Shown here: in pieces, positions 55,791 through 64,000 of the stretch
How the letters are laid out: every line of letters begins with the position of its first letter
Numbering within the stretch: position 1 is the stretch's first letter
Source: Octopus sinensis
Taxonomy: Eukaryota
Reading direction: 5' to 3'
NCBI RefSeq assembly: GCF_006345805.1
Contig: NC_043009.1
Location: forward strand, 54,188,001-54,252,000
Length of the DNA: 64,000 nt
Translations under genes and position numbers: made by a program
Notes under the pieces: model-generated
What the model saw: the letters and a program-made list of their open reading frames with translations, nothing else
Databases searched by the model: none
What the model was told of the DNA's origin: nothing

Positions 55791-56684
55791 ATATATACAT
55801 GCATATATGGGTACAGGACGTTACCGACGGTGTAAAAAACATGAAATACGTAAGCAAGAAGAAAAATCAGAGAGAAAGGAACACGCATCATTTGTCGCCT
55901 GTCTATCTACTCCTCATTTCGAGCATTCAACGACAAGGCGTATATAGACAGCCGACAACTGATGAAACGTCCTTTCTCTTTGTTTACTTGTCAGCTTTTC
56001 CATTTATTCTTGATGTTTACCTATTTTACTCATTTTTTTCTTCGTTTGTTTACACATTTCATGTTATTTGCACCGTGGGTGACGTCATGTACACATATAT
56101 GCACGTATTTCTTCATTTATTTATCTATTATATATATATATATACTTTCTAAGCCAGATTACGAGGATGCAAACACACCAGCATCGGTTGTCAAGCGACT
56201 GTGAGAGGACAAACACAGACACACAAATAATACCTAAATTTTCCTTATTCCATCAGACCCTTTCGTCCACTCGTTAAATTACTCGGACATAAACAAACCA
56301 GTACCCGTACATGAGTGGTGGGGCAGAAACGACTCAGAAATAAGCACGCACTCTCACACATATACACGCCCACTCCTGTATATATACACACACACACACA
56401 AACTAATCTGTCCCTATGTTGTGCCCGTATCTGTGAATGTTAAATCGTATGTGCCTATATGCTAGCTTTTCTTACGTAGTTATTGGTTCATATAAGCAAT
56501 TATATACACGATTATATAACATTAATACGTCTAGCTATCACATAGGTATCAAACTTTAACCTTGTATTGATATTATATTATATCATTTTATATTATTATA
56601 TTATCATATTATTTTGCAGTTTGATATTTCTACCATTTCGTCGAGGCAAGCGGAAATATAAACAGAATATATGCAGTTAATTAA

Positions 56685-56915
56685 GGCGGCGAGCTGGCAG
56701 AACCGTTAGCACGCCGGGCGAAATGCGTAGCCGTATTTCATCCGCCGCTACGTTCTGAGTTCAAATTCCGCCGAGGTCGACTTTGCCTTTCATCCTTTCG
56801 GGGTCGATAAATTAAGTACTAGTTTCGCACTGGGGTCGATGTAATCGACCTAATCCCTTTGTCTGTCATTGTTTGTCCCCTCTATGTTTAGCCCCTTGTG
56901 GGTAGTAAAGAAATA
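56685..56915 (+). mobile_element. Family-B SINE, monomer with target-site duplication
   Basis: ggcggcgagctggcagaaccgttagcacg...ggtagtaaagaaata, flanked by atatatgcagttaatt (56667-56682) and atatatgcagccaatt (56915-56930). Confidence 0.92.
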
Positions 56916-57894
56916 TATATGCAGCCAATTATAGACTTGCATTGATGCAATTAATTCGCTAACAGAAAATCTATAGGTTAAAATGAACGAGAAAATAAGC
57001 ATTCATGAGATGGGGGCAATTAAAGACACTAAAGGAAGTGAGAAGTGTGTTGTTATCGTTGTTGTTAATGTTATAGTCTTTGTTGTAGTTACTATTCTTG
57101 ATATTGCTTGTGTTGGTGTTGTTAGGTCCACCTCAGACTGCATGCAGCAAACTCATACACCACAATGTCCTGTTTGTGACAAACCTACTATTTATACCTG
57201 TATAATTCCTCTAGGACTTCGTTACGCAATGTTTCAATCCTTGAGTGTGTGATGTGTTGTTTCATGAAGGCTAGACTGTTATTTCTAGCAGATCAGGTAA
57301 CCACGTATGAGATCTTTGACTCGTGGTTTATGCATAATAAATTTGCTGCTTATTCAACGCTATGCCTTATTGTACAGAAGTATGATGGAAGACATTTTAA
57401 TCACGAGTCCCTCATCCTTTAATACGTATGATCCAATATATCCTTTAATATATGTTTTCTTTATTGGTGTTGTAATTTCATAATTGGTTAGATCTAGAAA
57501 AGGGACATTCACACCGAGACAAGCCTTCCGAAAATGGCAACATAATTTGATTGTTGTTAATCAAAGATGACAGATTACCTGATGTCAATAATGAATTGGA
57601 TGTTCTCAAAGAGAACATGCGCCGGAATTGCAAGAAATTTTATCGATTATATTTCAAACATGAGTTTCAGAAGTGAAAAATTCGTTTTTCAAAAGCCGCA
57701 AACAAACGCAGACTTACGTAAATGAATGAAAAAGAGAAAATGCATCCATTGATTCTGATAAACAGAATCGCATTCCTAGAACATCCTGTGTCTTTCATGC
57801 ATGTTTTATGTGAGAAAGTAGCTGATGCTAAAGGCTGTCAGCCTGTAGCTCTTCAGGTCCCTACTTTTAAAATGTCCTTAGAAAATAATGTGTG

Positions 57895-57901
57895 TGTGGT
57901 G

Positions 57902-57950
<49 letters not shown>

Positions 57951-58125
57951 CAGCAGCAGCAGTAGTAGTAGTAGTAGTAGTAGCAGCAGCAGCAGCAGTA
58001 GTGGTAGTAGTAGTAGTAGCAGTAGCAGTAGTAGTACTAGTACTAGTAGTAGTTGCTGTTGTTGTTGTTGGCGGTGGCAGTGGCAGTGGCGGTGGTGGTG
58101 GTGGTGGTGGTGGCGGTAGTGTTTG
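57895..58125. repeat. Compound (GTG)/(GTA)/(GCA)/(GGT) trinucleotide microsatellite
   Basis: Directly visible; explains the poly-V, poly-S and poly-L ORFs. Confidence 0.92.
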
Positions 58126-58290
58126 TGGTTATACACGTTATGGCCACGAGTGTATGTTATCGCTTTTTTCTGTAATTCTATTTAGAAAGTACAAAATTGA
58201 ATATGATTTAGCAGTCACACAGACACACTGATACAAAAATGCACATGTAGGTGCATCTATTAATCCTATCTATCTATCTATATATCTATA

Positions 58291-58340
<50 letters not shown>

Positions 58341-58571
58341 CAGGGAGAGAGAAGTAGAGAGATGATACATACATAAATACATACATGCAGACAGACATAC
58401 AAACATACATACAGACAGACAGGCAGACAGACAGAAAGGCAGACAGACAGACTGGCAGGCATACAGCCAGCCAGACAATCAGATAGATAGAGAAAGAGAG
58501 AGAGAGAGATAAAAGAATACTATATATATGTGTGTATGTATATATATTTTTGTATTAATGGAAAACCTCTA

Positions 58572-58664
58572 TAATTGGCTGATGAGTACTCAGCATCTTA
58601 AATCTGTTGTAATACTTACAACATTTAATAAAATGACGTAGTACGAAACGATCGTATCAAATTA
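58572..58664 (+). ncRNA. Minimal type-I hammerhead ribozyme
   Basis: Stem I taattgg/tcaaatta (one G-U, one bulge); CTGATGA 58579-58585; stem II gtact/agtac with inner tgttgtaa/ttacaaca hairpin; GAAA 58645-58648; palindromic stem III CGATCG; GUA cleavage site after 58656. Confidence 0.75.
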
Positions 58665-59119
58665 CCGGAGTCATTCTTGTTGCTTATTTTGATTATATAT
58701 ATATATATAAAACAAGAATATATTGTTGCAGTCGAAAGTCACAAGATCTAAAAGCAGATTATCTTCAAGCTAAAAATGTTAATTAAACGAATTTTTTGAG
58801 AAAAACATTAATACACACGATGTTACAAATGGTCTGTGCTGTTCATGTATTTTTTTATGATGTCTTTACATAATTAATAATGTTTAATCTAATCAAAGAC
58901 ATTTTTTCTTCTTTTTAAATATACGTATATACAAGTATAGTTCAAATTTACAAAAAAATCAAAAGACGAATACAAGTGAAGGAGCAACAAGCAGGTGATA
59001 GTTTGATGCTCGGGGAGAATGGAAAAATCTTTGACGTTTCGGCATAAAAGATTGAGAGGGAACCAGATGGAGAGAAAATGTGTGAGAGTGTGTTTGTATG
59101 TGTACATACATAATAGTAT

Positions 59120-59410
59120 CCACGGTATTGACCCGACTAACGGATGTCGTCATACATTGTTGGCCACAATGCGCTTCACACTGTTGTAAACTTCGAATGA
59201 TGCCACCTCCCTGATTAGACAGGTAGGCGAACACTTCCCCTGTTCCGAAAACTATTCTGTCGCAGGGTTACTATTTTACGATTTACAGCCGACTGGACTG
59301 TAGCAATGCAAAATGAAGTGCTTTGCTCATGAACACCACGCGTCGCCCTGTCTGGAAATCGAGCTTACATTCCAGTAATAGATACTACAACACCCTAACT
59401 ACTAGGCCAC
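59120..59410 (-). mobile_element. Diverged family-D-like SINE
   Basis: ggccacaatgcgcttcacactgttgtaaacttcgaatgatgccacc matches 27513-27560; the head region gccctgtctggaaatcgagc...ccctaactactaggcca is also similar. Confidence 0.6.
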
Positions 59411-59480
59411 ACACCTGCTTAAAGTATATATAAATTTATATGCATACATATATGTATGTATGCGTGTATGTATGTATGTG

Positions 59481-59520
<40 letters not shown>

Positions 59521-60025
59521 TAGAGATATACAAACTCTTCTATTTTGTTTTGATATATATATAAATATATTCACATATACATATTTCTCATTGAGTACAT
59601 TAAGACACTTAGTATTTAAATGCATCACATTCCTAGTGACTACTTAATTCAACTATTGGCTTTTATTTCAAATATCTCAACTCTTGAACCCTGTTGTTGC
59701 AGATCCAAACTTCTCTTGGCAATACTCTGTTCGTGTCATAATTACTTCATTTTAATTAGTTCAGCCGATTTATACAGTATTCCTAATATCAATCCTCAGT
59801 AACTATTATTTGTCGACAAATTCAGATTATTTTAAGATATCGTCTTACAAATATTCACAAATGCATTAACTATACTGAGATTTATCTCAATTAACATCAT
59901 TATGTATTAATCGGTATCGAATTCTAAGCATTTATTACATGAAGATTTCAAGAGCGTTGTAACGTGTCACTTCTGAATAAAACTGGGGCCAGACACTTAA
60001 AAACAAATATCATATCATATCATAT

Positions 60026-63000
60026 GATTGATTGATTGATTGATTCCAGTTCCAGCCTATGAGCTGTGGCCATGCTGGGGCACCGCCATTTGGTGTTGCT
60101 ACTTGGTTTTACTTCATGGAGGCTTTCTAGCAACTGCTATTTGGTGCATGAGAGAGTTCGATGCAGCTGCCCTCATCTGCCCCTCCTGCCGTGAAGTTGG
60201 TTCATCTGGGACACCTGACAGGAAGAGATCCAGCTTCATTTTAAAGACATCTGTATCCACCCCATGCAGGTCTCTCAGGTTCTTCGGGAGGATATTGAAG
60301 AGCTGTGGGCCTCGGAAGCCCAGGCTATCACAGAATCTTGTCCTACATCTTGATGGCAGGTTTGGAGTCCTAGGCACCACGCAGTGGCGCCCAGTTCTGG
60401 CATTTGTGTAACTCTCGATGCCAAAGTTCAGGACACTTCCCTCCAGGATCTTCCAGATGTATATTATGGCATATCTTTCCGCCTACGCTCCAGGGAGTAT
60501 AATTTTAATCTCTTGAGTCTTTCCCAGTAGCTTACATTCTGCATAGAGGCTATCTTCTTTGTGTAGCTTCGTTGGATCGCCTCAAGTTCTGTGATCAACT
60601 TGACACTGGATGGTGACCATAGCTGAGAGCAATAGTCAAAGTGGCTTAGGACAAGTGTCTTCCAGAGGACCATCATGGTTTCTTGTTCTCTTGTTCTAAA
60701 GGTTCTAAGAATCCAGCCAGCCAGCCGTCTACATTTCACTGTCAGTTTAGCAACATGTACATGAAAGGTCGCGTCATCACTCATGTGAATACCCAGGTCA
60801 CGCACTGATTGTGCCTCTGGGATTGCAATCCCTCCGGGTCCAGTGTATTCATTGGGTATTGCATTCAATTTTGCATGCTGATAGTATAAAGCTTGAAACT
60901 TTCCAGCATTGAACTGCATGCTATCTTCTTTCAGCCCACTTGTATATTTCGTCCAGCTCACATTGCAGGTTTTTAGTGTCCTCAGGGTTCTGTATTGCCT
61001 GTGAAACTTTTGTATCATCTGCATAACTTGTGATCGTGGATCTCTGCGTGGCTGAGGGCATGTCTGAGAGGGCCATTATGAACAGTAGTGGTCCAAAACA
61101 GTGCCCTGTGGAACACCACTCATTATTTGCGTGTTAATGGAAGTGGCCCCATTGGCTACTACACACCTGACTTCTATTCTTCAGAAAGTCGTGAAGCCAT
61201 TCTCCTAGTTTTCCAACTATGCCAAGATCACGCAGCCTGTGACATATCATTCCGTGATCGACTTTATCGAAGGCCTTGCGCGAAGTCGAGATATATGACT
61301 TCCACATTTGAGTGGTTGAGCAGTTGTTTCAGCACCCAGTCATAGTGCTGCAGGAGCTGAGTTAAGCAGCTTCTTCCTGGTCGGAAACCATGTTGGGTGT
61401 CAGGCAGCAAGTCATTTTCTTCAAGGAAGGTGATTAGTTTCCTTCTGACTATTCGTTCCATGACCTTGCTGATGTGTGAGGTCAGAGAGATAGGTCTGTA
61501 GTTCTTTGCCTCCGCTCTGCTACCTCCTTTATGAATAGGGCATATTTTACCTTCCTTCAGTCCCCTTGGAAGTTTGCCAGCTGCAAGGAAGCTCTGAAAG
61601 AGGGACTGCAGTGGTCTTGCTAAGACTCTCTTACATACTTTTAGGAGGATTGCCGGGAATCCATCGGGGCCAGTAGCTGAGTCTATTTTCATTTCATCTA
61701 TAGCCTTTATTACATCGTCTTCCTTTATCTCGATGTAACTTATCGTCGCCGCCTCTGATTCTATATCTGCAGTGGTAAAGAAGTCAGTTGGATTGCTGAT
61801 TTGGAAATGCCCAAGGGGTGGAGTGAAAACACTCTTGAATTGTTCATTCAGTATTTCACTTACCCTCATTGGTTTTCCTGTGAGTGTGCCATCCTTTTCA
61901 AGGAGTGGCCCTATCCTACAGTGCACTGTAGCCGTTTCTTTGGCATACCTGTAGAAAGCTCTGGGGTTAGTTTTTATGTTGTCTATAGCCCAGGCTTCTT
62001 TGTCTGCTCTTTCCTTCTCATGGGAAAGTTGCAGACAATTTTCAATTTCCAACAGTTTTATTTTCAGGCGGGACTTTTCACTACTTTCAATTTGTTTGTT
62101 TAGGCGATTTGAAATTTTTGTACGCCGTCTCATTAGAATTTTCCTCTCTCTGGGGATTTTGTTCTTGTGTACAGTGGCCTTTCTCTCTGGGACACATTTG
62201 TAGCATATGGCTTGCATTACAGACATGAATTGTTGAAGTATCATGTCGATGTCCGGCGGGGAGAGACATTCAGGCCAGTTTTGTTTGAGGATCTCTTTCT
62301 CAATTTGTTTCCAGTTTGCCTTATTGAAGTTCAAGCTGGAAAGATTCTGAGGGTTTCTTGTAGGCTGCATGTCCGTGCTCTCTTTTGGCCCGTACATGGT
62401 CAGCTCTACCATGTTGTGATCCGAGAGTAGTGTCGGTGTCACTTTCACATTATGGATGAGATCCATATTATTTGTGAAGCAGAGATCCAGTGTGTTACCT
62501 GCTCTGGTTGGTTGCAGTATTACTTGCTCCATGTACAGGGTGTTGGTAAGGTTCAGGAGGGACCTCGCCTGTCCACGTTCACATCTTGTCATTCCTGGGA
62601 GAGAAAGGCCCTCGGGCCATCTGACATTCGGTAGATTGAAGTCTCCCATGAGAAGTACACTTATGTGTTGTTCTAATGTGGTTAGAACTTCTTCTATTTT
62701 TAAAAGGCAGTCCTCGAACTTGCCCATATGACTTGGGGCATCTGGAGGGCGATATGTAGCACACACAACTACATCAAGTTGCCTTTGTGTACAATTAGTG
62801 TGTCACACACCGAGTTTGAGTATGACAAAAGGACCTGGGGTGTGAGGTCCCCACGGATGTACATAGCAACTCCTCCATGACTCCTTTCTTTCCTGTCGGT
62901 CCGTAGTACAACATACTGTGGTATGTGTAATTCCGCATCTGCTATGTCCGGTTTCAGATGCGTTTCTGTGAGTGCTATGCATAAGGCTTGATTGCATGCG

Positions 63001-63268
63001 ACAAAGTCTCTCAGGAACGGGACTTTTGTCCTGTTACTGTGTGTTAGTAAACCTCTGATGTTCAGTAGGAGCATCGAGGTGAGGTGTATGCTGTTGCCGG
63101 CGTTGTCCACCCTGGGTCCATCTGCTGTGGCGGTCTTGTGAACTGTGGGCAGTTCCATCTGCGAGCCTGAGCCTGATGGAGCCAGGTTAGCTGCTGTACA
63201 ATCTTTTGTGCCATGCACAAAAAAGATTCCTGCTCAGCAGCTGCCCTTTCAACAACACGTTGGTGGTT
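60026..63268 (-). mobile_element. CR1-clade LINE, 5'-truncated near the end of ORF1; ORF2 (APE plus RT) nearly complete but frameshifted
   Basis: APE: LLNIRGL, ALTETHL, RTDRKERSHGGV, ATYRPP, LMGDFNLP, PTRAGNTLDL, SDHNMV. RT: TGPDGFP, NYRPISLTS, QHGFRPGRSCLTQL, YLDFA, GVPQGTV, YADDTK (61008-61025). CR1-type C-terminus: SQLWSP, LEAIQR, LYSLERRR, FNILPKNLR. Tail (AATC)5. Confidence 0.95.
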
Positions 63269-63280
63269 TATATATATATA

Positions 63281-63480
63281 TTCTTTTACTTGTTTCAATC
63301 ATTTCACAGCAGCCATGCTGGAGCACTGCATTTAGTCGAACAAATCCGCCCCAGGACTTATTCTTTGTAAGAAATTATTCTATCGGGCTCTTTTGCCGAA
63401 TCGCTATTTTTGCGGGTACGTAAACACACCAACATCGATGGTCAAGTGATTGTAGGAGGAAAACACAGACACAAAAACAC
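63281..63480 (-). mobile_element. Family-A SINE 3' half
   Basis: ttcttttacttgtttcaatcatttcacagcagccatgctggagcactgcatttagtcg...gtaaacacaccaacatcgatggtcaag. Confidence 0.8.
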
Positions 63481-63511
63481 ATACACATACATACACACAT
63501 ACATACATACA

Positions 63512-63584
<73 letters not shown>

Positions 63585-63620
63585 ATATATATATATATCG
63601 AGAAGTATATTTAGCACCGC

Positions 63621-63989
63621 AATGTGGCTAACCCTTAAGGGTTGATGCTACTGTACCTCGTAACCCAAGTAAGACATCTCCTCCAGATGGCTGTTGACAC
63701 ACTCTCTGTGCCCTATCAGTAGTTGCAAAGTCACTGATCTCGAAAAATTATATATATATTTGCATTGAGAATCAATTCCCATCACCAACCGGTGGTCGTC
63801 ACGCAGTGATGACGGGTCAATACCCAGAAACTCTGGTCCATGTGTATCACGTCAGACTGCAGATGGGAATGATGACTTCTATTTGCAAATACTGATAGGG
63901 CATAGAAACTGTGCGATAGGCAGCTGGAGGAGATGTCTTCCTGGGACTACAAGCTACAGTATCATCAACCCTTAAGAGTTAGCCACATT
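63621..63989. mobile_element. MITE with imperfect TIRs of about 109 bp
   Basis: aatgtggctaacccttaagggttgatg...aagacatctcctccag...tgccctatcagtagttgcaaa (63621-63729) mirrors 63882-63989. The repeats may extend to the window edge. Confidence 0.85.
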
Positions 63990-64000
63990 TAGGTGGAAAA

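Noticed and set aside
57800-57875. Minus-strand CTGAAGA with a nested hairpin
   Set aside because: GAAA and stem III are absent, and no frame stays open through the putative exon there.

Overview
AT-rich, microsatellite-saturated eukaryotic DNA that looks intergenic or intronic. The SINE repertoire and (TA)n/(CA)n load suggest an octopod cephalopod; this is inferred from remembered repeat families, not a database search. I found no intact host gene, and nearly all ORFs in the supplied track are microsatellite artefacts. The window holds four tRNA-derived SINE families (called A-D here), a 3.2-kb CR1-clade LINE with APE and RT domains broken mainly by 1-bp frameshifts, a second CR1-like relic, Penelope-like GIY-YIG remnants, Tc1 elements (one with DD36E spacing), mariner and pogo remnants, and several MITE-like inverted-repeat elements. 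Most notable: (1) a 431-bp near-perfect palindrome (16557-16987) whose arms each encode a complete minimal type-I hammerhead ribozyme pointing outward; (2) a second, unrelated complete hammerhead at 58572-58664; (3) a 3' tail shared by the CR1 LINE and SINE family A, with a compensated stem-loop, which suggests a LINE-SINE partnership; (4) a decayed LRR (possibly Toll-like) pseudogene at about 28.9-30.8 kb.
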